DNA of 62,497 nucleotides from Patescibacteria group bacterium (GCA_038064635.1 JBBTSS010000001.1:1-62497), one strand, 5' to 3'; counted from the stretch's first letter, positions 46,240 through 55,354 are shown. Notes: generated from the letters alone by a model not told the origin. Numbers and translations are program-made.

Positions 46240-46276
46240 GCAAAATAGCTCAAAATTTGATTTTGAGCTATTTTGA
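46240..46276 (-). terminator. intrinsic terminator after tRNA-Glu
   Basis: AAAATAGCTCAAAAT pairs with ATTTTGAGCTATTTT. Confidence 0.65.
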
Positions 46277-46281
46277 TCGTG

Positions 46282-46353
46282 TGACTCTACAGGGAATCGA
46301 ACCCTGATTTGATCCTTGAGAAGGATCCGTCCTAACCGTTAGACGATAGAGCC
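46282..46353 (-). tRNA. tRNA-Glu (anticodon CUC)
   Basis: Hand-folded: acceptor GGCTCTA/TAGAGTC, D arm GTCT-AACGGTTA-GGAC, anticodon stem GATCC/GGATC with loop TTCTCAA, T arm CAGGG-TTCGATT-CCCTG, discriminator A. Confidence 0.9.
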
Positions 46354-46589
46354 GTTATTTTCTTTTTTAACTCACTTTTACCTTTTGGCGTTTTATAATA
46401 TCTCTCAACCCTAAAAGCTTCATAAATATTATCATAATCTTCTTTATATATCAGTTTTAAAGGTCGACGACTTTTTGTTGACTTTACTTTACCTTTATTG
46501 TGATAACCTAGTCTCTTGTTTATATCTGAAGTGCAACCTATATAAAGGTTATTATCTATTGAACTTTGCAATACATAAACTGTATGCAT
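46332..46589 (-). CDS. GIY-YIG (URI-domain, COG2827-like) nuclease
   Basis: VYVLQSSIDNNLYIGCTSDINKRLGYHN...RRPLKLIY...EAFRVERYYK fits the GIY-YIG core. The last 7 codons and the TAG stop lie inside the tRNA-Glu gene. Confidence 0.8.
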   Translation of the reverse strand: MHTVYVLQSSIDNNLYIGCTSDINKRLGYHNKGKVKSTKSRRPLKLIYKEDYDNIYEAFRVERYYKTPKGKSELKKKITALSSNG

Positions 46590-46598
46590 ATTAATTTA

Positions 46599-46649
46599 GT
46601 CCTAACCGTTAGCCTCGCCCATAGGCTACGGCCGAGGGACGATAGAGCC
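46599..46649 (-). pseudogene. tRNA-Glu 5' fragment (positions 1-25) interrupted by a 26-nt GC-rich hairpin
   Basis: GGCTCTATCGTC [CCTCGGCCGTAGCCTATGGGCGAGGC] TAACGGTTAGGAC. Confidence 0.75.
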
Positions 46650-46657
46650 ATGAGAAA

Positions 46658-46686
46658 ATACTAACAATATATGAACTTTTTTGCAA
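46658..46686 (-). promoter_or_regulatory. candidate sigma-70 promoter in front of the tRNA-Glu fragment
   Basis: On the minus strand, TTGCAA (46681-46686), a 17-nt spacer, then TAGTAT (46658-46663). This lies 8 nt upstream of the fragment's first G. Confidence 0.45.
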
Positions 46687-46774
46687 AATAAAAAAGCTCA
46701 GGCCTATGCAAAAATGCACATTCCTGAGCGATACTGTCTAGTCCCCCCAGATTAAGACAGTGAATGAATGATTT

Positions 46775-47311
46775 TTACCTCAACACGGTTTTGCTGTTGC
46801 CGTCTGAATCAGTCACAACCATATTACTTTCCCCTTTCACGAATTTAATTGATCTCGGGAATGAATATAATTTGTCTGACACATCAGCAATTGGTTTTCC
46901 ATCATAACGTATGACACACCAAGGGCCGTCCAAAGCCATTTTGTAAGCAATACAAGGTAACTTTTTTCCACCCTCTAAAAGAAAAGTTCTCTCTACGTTA
47001 ACTACGTTCTGCACCAATTGTTGAACGGAATCATCTTGTATGAGTACAATCTCATAATCGTTTGTATAGCCAAACGCGGCTACCACTTTTTTTGTTGAAT
47101 CCACCATAGCAGATGATCCAAACGGCAGCCACTCGAAGGAATAAAGAATCGAGTCTCCGCTTTCCATCTCTTGTGGGTAAAAGATAAGCCTTTCTTCCAA
47201 AAGGATCTTATTATCAGAAGAGACAATACGAGGATCCTTGACTCCAACGCAAGATATGGCAGCCATCAAGACAAAAAGAATGAAGAAAATACGAAATTTG
47301 TTTGACAACAT
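46775..47311 (-). CDS. putative lipoprotein, function unknown
   Basis: Signal peptide with lipobox AAISC. No domain recognised. Confidence 0.5.
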   Translation of the reverse strand: MLSNKFRIFFILFVLMAAISCVGVKDPRIVSSDNKILLEERLIFYPQEMESGDSILYSFEWLPFGSSAMVDSTKKVVAAFGYTNDYEIVLIQDDSVQQLVQNVVNVERTFLLEGGKKLPCIAYKMALDGPWCVIRYDGKPIADVSDKLYSFPRSIKFVKGESNMVVTDSDGNSKTVLR

Positions 47312-47535
47312 AAGCTGAAAAATTTAAAGTGTTTGAAAAAAATGTAAAGAACAATTGGTTCTTAATCAATTATTTCGCTGGGGCGAAAAGCTGATTAATC
47401 CAAAAGATATATTAACACAAAAAAATAAAAAAGTCCAATAAAAATGCCCTCGAAGCATTTAGGGGGAGCTTCGAGGGCAATCGATTTTTGTCTGATTAAA
47501 CGTGATGATTAAAAAAAATTCAAAGCGGTTAAAGA

Positions 47536-48228
47536 TTAAATTTTTTGAAGGAGTGAAACTCCAACAGTACCGGATTTAGGAAACATCTGAGTATAACCCC
47601 AAAATCCCTGAGCACCGACGCCAACTCCTAATTGCGTTTCATTCCTTTTACCGAAGAAAAAGTTAAAATTTGTCTCACAGCGATTTTCATCGAAAAACAC
47701 ACCTGTCATCAATTTTGGAGCAAGGTATCTTTGGACATTTATAGTCCACCGCCAACCACCAACATAACCAACTTCTCCACTTACAAAACATGTTTTGAAA
47801 TCATTTGTCCAATCAAGTCCTGTCATTGTGCCAAGTGTCATAAAATTAGGAGGAGTCATTTTACCCACAGTTAACATTGGGGAAAAAGTAATCTTCAGAT
47901 GATCAGGTAATTCTACATAAAATCCGCCTTTTAAATAAGTTTCGATAAATTTGTCTCCATCACTTAGAAGCGAAAATTTGGCAAATGGAAGCAACTTACC
48001 TTTTGCACGGTCTTTTTTCAACTTCCATTCAAACGTTGAACCCCACGCAGACTGTCTTTTTAGGGTCAGTTTGTCTCCTTGTGACACATTTTCAAATTTT
48101 TGCATTGTAGTCCGATCAAAAATGCTGAGTAACAATTCTGAATATGGCCCGAAACTATTTGTTTGGGCATTAAGATGGGAAAGCAAAAACAAGAAAAAAA
48201 ACGAAAAAGTTAAACATGTGTTTCTCAT
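47536..48228 (-). CDS. secreted beta-strand-rich protein, function unknown
   Basis: Signal peptide (...LLSHLNA/QT), then alternating hydrophobic/polar stretches and Gly/aromatic-rich segments. Confidence 0.5.
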   Translation of the reverse strand: MRNTCLTFSFFFLFLLSHLNAQTNSFGPYSELLLSIFDRTTMQKFENVSQGDKLTLKRQSAWGSTFEWKLKKDRAKGKLLPFAKFSLLSDGDKFIETYLKGGFYVELPDHLKITFSPMLTVGKMTPPNFMTLGTMTGLDWTNDFKTCFVSGEVGYVGGWRWTINVQRYLAPKLMTGVFFDENRCETNFNFFFGKRNETQLGVGVGAQGFWGYTQMFPKSGTVGVSLLQKI

Positions 48229-48369
48229 AACGTTTTAACGTTTAGAATTGTGAAAAAACAAAAAGTACGTCACGTACTTATATCGAGAAAACCCTACCAT
48301 TTTATTGACATATTGTCAAAGAGATTGATTGATACTAATCAAGTTTTTTAATACGATATACTTAAATCT

Positions 48370-49014
48370 ATGGAAAGTCTTCCTTTAGCGAATATACCTT
48401 TTGAACATCTATCCCCTATTTGGTTTGTTTTGATAGCTATCGTAGCAAATGCATTCCCCCCTGTACCTGAAGAGATATTCCTCTTATATTTTGGCTACCT
48501 TGCAAACATTCGTCCTGATATCATCTCTTTCTGGCAAATAAACCTTTTTCTAATTATGGGCTTTTTACTTATAGACTCGCTTGTGTACCACTTGGCTTTA
48601 CGAGGACACAAAGTAATTCATTTTATACTAAAAAAAATTCTAGATGTAGACCTAGACGAAAAAGAGGAATTCCTAAAAAAGCATGTATACAAGATAATAT
48701 TTATTTCCCGTTTTTTGGTACAACTTCGAGCCCTTGGCCCTATCACTGCTGCGCGAGTACGTCTACCTTTTAAAGACTTTTTAAAAATGGATTTCCTGGC
48801 GTTAGTCGTGTATGTGCCTATCGCTATGGGTATAGGGTATTATTTTGCACACAGCGTAGAAAAAATATTCTCTGGAACAAAAGTCATAAACAATATCATG
48901 TTTTCAGGTCTCATAATCCTATTATCATTAGTAATCTTAAAAAGATTAAGGAAAATATTACTCAGTGAATTCAACGGAGAAACGAATCACATAAAATCAT
49001 TTTTTAAAATGTAA
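48370..49014 (+). CDS. DedA/VTT-domain membrane protein
   Basis: NAFPPVPEEIFLLYFGYL motif and the TM pattern. TATACT lies 7 nt upstream of the ATG. Confidence 0.65.
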   Translation: MESLPLANIPFEHLSPIWFVLIAIVANAFPPVPEEIFLLYFGYLANIRPDIISFWQINLFLIMGFLLIDSLVYHLALRGHKVIHFILKKILDVDLDEKEEFLKKHVYKIIFISRFLVQLRALGPITAARVRLPFKDFLKMDFLALVVYVPIAMGIGYYFAHSVEKIFSGTKVINNIMFSGLIILLSLVILKRLRKILLSEFNGETNHIKSFFKM

Positions 49015-49060
49015 GTTTATAACTTATGCAAAAAATACATAAGATTGTATAATATATGGT

Positions 49061-50050
49061 ATGGAAAATCTTATAGAAAATTTCAGCGCACACATACAAG
49101 AAGCTATTATAATAGGAGAAAAAGCTACTTTATCTCAAAAAGAGCGCCAATTTAAAAATGTACTTATTACGGGCATGGGAGGCTCTGGTATAGGAGGAGC
49201 GATAGCATCAGAAATAGCCTCTATCGAGTCCCCTATTCCTTTTTCAATCAGTAAAGGATACTCTGTTCCTCAATTTGTAAACACAGAAACTTTAGTCATA
49301 GTATCTTCTTATTCCGGAGGCACAGAAGAGACAATAAGTGCTATGAAAAAAGCTCAAGAAAAAGGCGCGAAGATTGTATGCATTACTTCAGGTGGTGAAA
49401 TAGAAAAAATCGCAAAAGAAAATAATATTGATCACATTATAATTCCAGGTGGTATGCCACCACGCGCAGCCCTTGGGTACTCTCTAGTGCAGATGTTTTT
49501 TATATTTAATTATTTTGGACTTATAAAAGATAGCTTTAAAGATGAATTACTAGCTGGTGTCTCAATGTTAAATACAGAAAAAGAAAACATAAAACAAGAA
49601 GCAAAAAAAATAGCGGAAAAGCTTTATGGTACTCTACCTGTAATATATGCTCCATATGGGTCCGAAGGTGTCGCAGTACGTTTCAAACAACAATTGAATG
49701 AGAATGCAAAGATGCTTTGTTGGTACGGAGTAGTGCCTGAAATGAATCACAATGAACTCGTGGGCTGGGCTGGTGGAAACGAACACATAGCCGTGATTAT
49801 CTTTAGAAATCAGTCAGATTATCTACGTATCAGTAAAAGAATTGATATCTCTAAAGAAGTTATCTCTAAATATACTCCAAATATAACAGAGATATATTCC
49901 AAAGGAAACTCTCTAATAGAAAGAGCACTTTATCATATCCACTTAGGTGATTTTATCTCCCTATACCTTGCAAATATGAAAGAAGTAGACGTAACAGACA
50001 TAAAAGTTATCGAGTATTTAAAGGCTTCTTTGGCAGAAATTAAAGATTAG
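49061..50050 (+). CDS. bifunctional phosphoglucose/phosphomannose isomerase (SIS domain)
   Basis: GMGGSGIGG, SYSGGTEET and a C-terminal PGI/PMI-type region. TATAAT lies 7 nt upstream of the ATG. Confidence 0.85.
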   Translation: MENLIENFSAHIQEAIIIGEKATLSQKERQFKNVLITGMGGSGIGGAIASEIASIESPIPFSISKGYSVPQFVNTETLVIVSSYSGGTEETISAMKKAQEKGAKIVCITSGGEIEKIAKENNIDHIIIPGGMPPRAALGYSLVQMFFIFNYFGLIKDSFKDELLAGVSMLNTEKENIKQEAKKIAEKLYGTLPVIYAPYGSEGVAVRFKQQLNENAKMLCWYGVVPEMNHNELVGWAGGNEHIAVIIFRNQSDYLRISKRIDISKEVISKYTPNITEIYSKGNSLIERALYHIHLGDFISLYLANMKEVDVTDIKVIEYLKASLAEIKD

Positions 50051-50090
50051 ATAATTTGTAATATAAGAAGCTTGATATTCGTCTATCTAT

Positions 50091-50600
50091 ATGGAAGAAC
50101 ATAAAAAACAATTTGAAGAAACGTATGAAATGTATGCAGATGCTATATACAAGTTTTGTGTGTATAAAACTAGCGACCCAAAACAAGCAGAAGACCTCGC
50201 AGCAGAGACATTTATCCGTCTTTGGGAATACGTAGCAAGTGGTAAAGATATAGAAAATACAAAAAGTTTTCTATATCAAATAGCTAGAAACTTGATTATA
50301 GATTTTTACCGCAAAAAGAAATCTTCTTCACTAGAGAAAATGCAAGATGAAGGCTTTGAGCCATCAAATGATGACTATGAGAAAATCCAAAACACATCTG
50401 AAATACGTATGGCCATAGATACAATAAATACTTTAGAAGAAAAATACCGAGATGTAGTCTACATGAAGTTAGTAGAAGAAATGGATTTGAAAGGAATATC
50501 AGAAAGTCTAAATATCACCATCAACAATGCAACAGTCAGACTACATAGAGGTTTAAAACAATTACAAAAACTGATTGAAAACCAAAATAATGGCAATTAA
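50091..50600 (+). CDS. ECF-type RNA polymerase sigma factor
   Basis: Region 2 (AAETFIRLWEY, IARNLIIDFYRKK) and region 4 (ISESLNITINNATVRLHRGLKQL). Confidence 0.85.
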   Translation: MEEHKKQFEETYEMYADAIYKFCVYKTSDPKQAEDLAAETFIRLWEYVASGKDIENTKSFLYQIARNLIIDFYRKKKSSSLEKMQDEGFEPSNDDYEKIQNTSEIRMAIDTINTLEEKYRDVVYMKLVEEMDLKGISESLNITINNATVRLHRGLKQLQKLIENQNNGN

Positions 50601-51483
50601 TGAAGAACAATTTAATAAAGGATTAAAAGCACTAAAAGAAGTGCGTCTTACTGACGATGCCAAAAATGTCATAAAAACACGCATCTTTAGTCACATGGCA
50701 ACTTACGTTCCTCCCACAAAAAGCCCCTACTTTAGTCATATTCATTTTTCATATAAAGTTTTTGCTACTGCTTTTGTCTTATTATTCTCTATATCTGTCG
50801 GCACTACTTATGCTTCTTTCAAAAGTCTACCTGGTGACATACTCTACCCACTCAAAACAAACTTTGCTGAACCAGCTATCAAACTCACTAAATTCAGCAA
50901 AACTGCCAAAGAAGATTTTGATCTTTCTTTAGCAGATACTAGAATCCAAGAAGTAGAAACCTTAATAAAAGAAAAAAGAATAAACGAAAATGAATTAGAG
51001 AAGAATTTTATATTATTTGAAAAACATTTAGATGAAAAGAAAAAAGACAGAGAGAATAACACGCCAAAGACAAAAGATTTAGAAAATACAAATAATATTA
51101 GTGAGATTAACGCACTAAATTTTAAAGTAAGCCAAGAGGTAGAAATAGAAGATGAAGAATCCAACTCACGAGTAGATAGATACAGAGAACTCATAAAATC
51201 TGAACCTAAATTAAATAACTTCTACGAAACAAATGCCAAAATAAAATTGGACAGAAGAAGAAAAATAGATAAAATTGAAAATAAAAAAGAAGAAAAAGAA
51301 AAAAACAGTCTTCTAGAGATTGATCATGAAGACAACCTCACAGATAAAAATACAGACGATTCAGAAAGTTCTACTATCCAAGACCCAGAAGACGATTCAG
51401 AAGATGATGAAGTAGAAATAAATAACAATGTTACACCATCGGCTTTGCCTATAAAGCCTACTCTATCTCCTTTGGGTTTGTAA
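50590..51483 (+). CDS. putative anti-sigma/membrane protein with charged low-complexity tail
   Basis: Overlaps the sigma gene stop (ATGGCAATTAA). It has a single TM helix, an extracytoplasmic helical region, and a Lys/Glu/Asp-rich tail. Confidence 0.5.
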   Translation: MAINEEQFNKGLKALKEVRLTDDAKNVIKTRIFSHMATYVPPTKSPYFSHIHFSYKVFATAFVLLFSISVGTTYASFKSLPGDILYPLKTNFAEPAIKLTKFSKTAKEDFDLSLADTRIQEVETLIKEKRINENELEKNFILFEKHLDEKKKDRENNTPKTKDLENTNNISEINALNFKVSQEVEIEDEESNSRVDRYRELIKSEPKLNNFYETNAKIKLDRRRKIDKIENKKEEKEKNSLLEIDHEDNLTDKNTDDSESSTIQDPEDDSEDDEVEINNNVTPSALPIKPTLSPLGL

Positions 51484-51555
51484 GATTTATATATTTGGTT
51501 TCGTCTTATTTACATGTAAGACGTCGAATTTATTATTAAAATAAAAAGATTATAT

Positions 51556-52224
51556 ATGAAAAACAAACAATTAATACTAGGTTTAGCAGTAGTATTTTCC
51601 CTCTTATCAAGTTCAAGTTTGTACGCACAAGGTCTCAAAGTCAATTTAGATTCTTCACTCAGCACAAAAACTGAAGTAGAATCTAAAAACGAAAGTGACT
51701 TGAATCATTCAGCTGATACAAAAACAGAAACTGACCTTAAAATTGATAGCAGTACTTCAGAAAATGGTTCAGTTACGAATGCATTAGGAGTCAGTCTAAA
51801 TTCTGGAGCAGAAGTAGAAAAAGATGAAGAATTAAAAGTATTCAGTTCATCACTCATGGAAAAAGATAGTAATGTCTCTTCAGTAAAAGTAAGTGATAAT
51901 ACAGAAAGCAAACAACATGTCGAAGTAAAATATAAATATAAAGCAAAATTATTTGGCTTTATTCCTGTATACGTAAATTCAACAAATATAGTTGAAGTGG
52001 ATAAAAATTCAGAAGTTAAAGTTTATTCAAAACTTCCATGGTGGAACTTCTTAGCAAAAAAAGAAAACTATAATAGAGCTGATATAGAAGGAAGACTCCG
52101 GAATAACCTAACTATCAAAAGCATTACGGAGGCTGACTTATCAGCAGAAACAAAAGCTGAGATAGCAGAAGCAATAGTTTATGAAGTCGAAGCATCATCT
52201 AAAGCTATTATAAACACTAACTAA
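51556..52224 (+). CDS. secreted protein, function unknown
   Basis: Signal peptide (…SSSLYA/QG) and a Ser/Thr/Lys/Glu-rich N-terminal half. Confidence 0.5.
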   Translation: MKNKQLILGLAVVFSLLSSSSLYAQGLKVNLDSSLSTKTEVESKNESDLNHSADTKTETDLKIDSSTSENGSVTNALGVSLNSGAEVEKDEELKVFSSSLMEKDSNVSSVKVSDNTESKQHVEVKYKYKAKLFGFIPVYVNSTNIVEVDKNSEVKVYSKLPWWNFLAKKENYNRADIEGRLRNNLTIKSITEADLSAETKAEIAEAIVYEVEASSKAIINTN

Positions 52225-52263
52225 ATTTAATTAAAAAAACCCTCTGACATGTCATGGGTTTTT

Positions 52264-53595
52264 TTAATTTTTGTTGAGCCACTCTTGATCTTGCCGTACT
52301 AGTAAATTCTTCTTATTATTTTTATCTTTAAGAATAGCTTCCACAGTACGTTCCATTCGCATATTTTGAGAACCTTTTATTAAAATCAAATCATCACTCA
52401 TTACAAAATCCATTAAAAATTCTCCAGCCATAAAAGAATTTGAAAATTCTTTTATCTTTTCTTCGTCCATTCCAGCGTCTATTGCACCTTTCTTTATAAA
52501 CTGAGCCCTCTGTCCGACTACAAACAAAATATCACAATTTTCTTTTGCCACCTTTCCAATATTCTTATGAGCTTCTTCGGTATGCTTTCCTAATTCAAGC
52601 ATGTCACCAAGCACAGCTATCTTTCTACCTTTTGTCTCTACGTTTTTCAACGTTTGAAGCGCAGCGACTGAAGCAAAAGGTGAAGAATTATAGGTATCAT
52701 CTATAATTAAAGTATCCTTTATACCAATCAGTAATTTCATTCTTCCTACCGGACTATTGTACTTTTTTAAAGCATCTATCGATTTCAGTACGTTGAATTT
52801 AAGTCCAGAAGCCAAAGCTAAAGAAGCCAAAGAAGCATATATGTGATTCCTACCAAAAACTCCTTTTATAATGACAGGTAAGCTATTTCCATTTTCATTT
52901 ACCTTAAAAGTAATACCCGTAGGAATATTTTTATCATCTAATTTTTCATAAAGAATATTATCACTAGAACCCAGAAAGACGGCACCTTCCTGAAATCCAA
53001 AAGTCATAATGCGACTTTTTGTTTTTGATTTCATTTCAAGGACAGTCTCATCATCGGCATTTAAAACCAAGAGCCCTTCTTTTTTTAAAGTTTTTATTAA
53101 ACCACTTTTCTCTTCTATAAGATGTTTGCGTGAATCAAAAAATTCAATATGAGAAGGTGTGTCTCCTATGGCAGTGATGATCACCACATCAGTCGAAAGC
53201 CAAGAAGTAATTTCCTTCATATCCCCTGGTTTCCCTACTCCTACCTCAAGCACAAGCCATTCTGGATATTTATGAGGCCAAACGACAAGCCAAAAACCTT
53301 TTAAAATATTACTAAACCAAACCAAAGGGTCACTCCAACCGTTTGGAATTCCTAAGATAGTCAAAGGTAAGCCTATCTGGCTATTGTAGCTTTTTTCACT
53401 TCTACGAACATAAGCAAATTCTGAAACGACAGCATAAACAGCGTCTTTAGTAGAAGTTTTACCCACTGAGCCAGTGATAGCTATCACTTTTGGTTTATAT
53501 TTTGCTAAAACTAATTTAGATTCTATTTTTAGAATTTTAACTATTATCTTCTTAAAAGTATCTTTCATAAATGTATTTAAAAGTTTATCAAACAT
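52264..53595 (-). CDS. murF: Mur ligase, MurF-like (UDP-MurNAc-peptide D-Ala-D-Ala ligase)
   Basis: ITGSVGKTSTKD P-loop and Mur ligase middle and C-terminal regions. Located in the dcw context. Confidence 0.75.
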   Translation of the reverse strand: MFDKLLNTFMKDTFKKIIVKILKIESKLVLAKYKPKVIAITGSVGKTSTKDAVYAVVSEFAYVRRSEKSYNSQIGLPLTILGIPNGWSDPLVWFSNILKGFWLVVWPHKYPEWLVLEVGVGKPGDMKEITSWLSTDVVIITAIGDTPSHIEFFDSRKHLIEEKSGLIKTLKKEGLLVLNADDETVLEMKSKTKSRIMTFGFQEGAVFLGSSDNILYEKLDDKNIPTGITFKVNENGNSLPVIIKGVFGRNHIYASLASLALASGLKFNVLKSIDALKKYNSPVGRMKLLIGIKDTLIIDDTYNSSPFASVAALQTLKNVETKGRKIAVLGDMLELGKHTEEAHKNIGKVAKENCDILFVVGQRAQFIKKGAIDAGMDEEKIKEFSNSFMAGEFLMDFVMSDDLILIKGSQNMRMERTVEAILKDKNNKKNLLVRQDQEWLNKN

Positions 53596-53638
53596 GCCTC
53601 CGAAAGAAGCTCTCCGTTTTTTAGAAATTATTTAATAT

Positions 53639-55354
53639 CTATCTATCAGGTGGAAGTTCGTAATAATTTACCAAAAACTTGGCAATATCTAAAAATGGAT
53701 CAGCCCAAGTTTGAGAAGCATAAGGTACACCTTTTGGATTTACAGCATACAAAAATACTATAAATTTTGGATCATAGGCTGGTAAGTAACCAAAGAATGA
53801 ATGAGTATGCCTATCTTCATAATATCCCCCTTGTTCACTATTGGCAACTTGCGCAGTACCTGTTTTCACTGCGATACTATGGTGCTCCATTTTTGCAAGA
53901 CCACCCTTTAGAGACTTATCCATGACTGTCACCAACATACTAGTTATTTCTTCGCTGGTCTTTTTTGATATTCTAGTTTGTTTTGTAGGATAGATTAATT
54001 CTTCTTCAGTACCATCATCGTATTTTATTTTATTGGCAAGATGTGGGGTAACAAGTACACCTCCATTCGCAAGTGAAGCAAGAGCTCGGATAAGTTCTAC
54101 TGGAGTAAGGGCAATACCTTGACCGAAAGCCGCATTAGCGTACTCAAGTTCACGTGGACTATTTAAGTTTGAAACCAACCCACTGGTTTCATTTGGTAAA
54201 TCAATACCAGTTTTTTCTTTAATACCAAAAGATAGCATATAGTCCCGCATACGGTCTTTACCTAATTTTTGATAAGCAAAAACCATACCAGTGTTTAAAG
54301 ATTGATTCAAAACATCTTGCATAGTAGTGCCTGGTCCACGACCTTTTTTATCAAAATTAAATATTTCTTTTTTTTCCACTATTACCGATCCTTTATCATT
54401 ATATGAGGTGTTTGCGGTGACGACCCCAGTATCTAAAGCAGACGCCATAACCAAAGGTTTTACCACAGAGCCAAATTCAAGAACATTTTCAACCAACGGA
54501 TTTGAAAACAAACTCGGGTCATCTACTTTTGAAAAATCATTTAAATCAAAACTAGGAAGTGAAGATATTGCATAAATAGAACCATCCATAGGATTCATAA
54601 TAATCCCTCCGATAGAGTCTGCTTTATACTTACTTAAAACACCACCCAAAGACTTTTCCAAAAAACTCTGAGTGCTTGGCTCTATTGTAGTTACTATGTC
54701 TCCTCTTTTGGCTTGATTATTTTTAAATAAAGTTTTATTTACATTTGAAAAAACTTCTGCAAAGAAATTTACATAAGGATTGTCTTTATCTCTTCCTAGT
54801 TCTTTATTATATTTTCTTTCAAGTCCGTACCTACCAGCTAAAGCATCTCCACTATACGCCACAAATCCTACTGTGTGCGCAGCCATAGAATTACCAGGAT
54901 AGAAACGCCACTTCTCTTTAAAGATCTTAACACCATCGAGTTTTAAGGCGCTGATAGCATCTGCTTCTGATTTAGACAAACGAAAGGCTAATTCTTCGTA
55001 AGGATCAGCTTTTTTTGATACTTTTTTAATAAAATCCTCTTCATTTAAATCTATAATTAAATTTAATTTTTGATATACAAATTTTGGGTCTTTTATATCA
55101 GCTGGAGTAATAGCAAGTTTAAAACCCGTTGATTGTGTGGCACCTGAAACAAGAGATCCATCTTTTTTTGTAAAATAAATAGTCCCACGTTCAAAAATAT
55201 TTGACGTAGGAGTGACATACTGACGAATAGCTTCATCCGCATAAAAATTCTTATGTACTATTTGTGTAAGAAAGAGTTTACCTACTAAAACTGAAGAAAA
55301 AAGTAATACAAAAATAGATATAACTTTTGTTCTAAAAGAAAACTCAGATTTCAT
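53639..55354 (-). CDS. penicillin-binding protein (class B transpeptidase, FtsI/PBP2-like)
   Basis: SVVKP (SxxK), SLN (SxN) and KTGTA motifs, with an N-terminal TM anchor. Confidence 0.9.
   Translation of the reverse strand: MKSEFSFRTKVISIFVLLFSSVLVGKLFLTQIVHKNFYADEAIRQYVTPTSNIFERGTIYFTKKDGSLVSGATQSTGFKLAITPADIKDPKFVYQKLNLIIDLNEEDFIKKVSKKADPYEELAFRLSKSEADAISALKLDGVKIFKEKWRFYPGNSMAAHTVGFVAYSGDALAGRYGLERKYNKELGRDKDNPYVNFFAEVFSNVNKTLFKNNQAKRGDIVTTIEPSTQSFLEKSLGGVLSKYKADSIGGIIMNPMDGSIYAISSLPSFDLNDFSKVDDPSLFSNPLVENVLEFGSVVKPLVMASALDTGVVTANTSYNDKGSVIVEKKEIFNFDKKGRGPGTTMQDVLNQSLNTGMVFAYQKLGKDRMRDYMLSFGIKEKTGIDLPNETSGLVSNLNSPRELEYANAAFGQGIALTPVELIRALASLANGGVLVTPHLANKIKYDDGTEEELIYPTKQTRISKKTSEEITSMLVTVMDKSLKGGLAKMEHHSIAVKTGTAQVANSEQGGYYEDRHTHSFFGYLPAYDPKFIVFLYAVNPKGVPYASQTWADPFLDIAKFLVNYYELPPDR

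Larger units (their letters stand above)
46329..46649 (-). mobile_element. minimal GIY-YIG cassette bounded by a 25-nt direct repeat of tRNA-Glu positions 1-25
   Basis: 46329-46353 is identical to 46599-46611 plus 46638-46649. A nuclease ORF fills the interval between the repeats. Confidence 0.55.

Noticed and set aside
48305-48319. TTGACATATTGTCAA palindrome as a regulator site
   Set aside because: It is most simply two back-to-back -35 hexamers (TTGACA) serving the divergent promoters of the beta-rich protein gene and the DedA-like gene. It is too short to argue for more.
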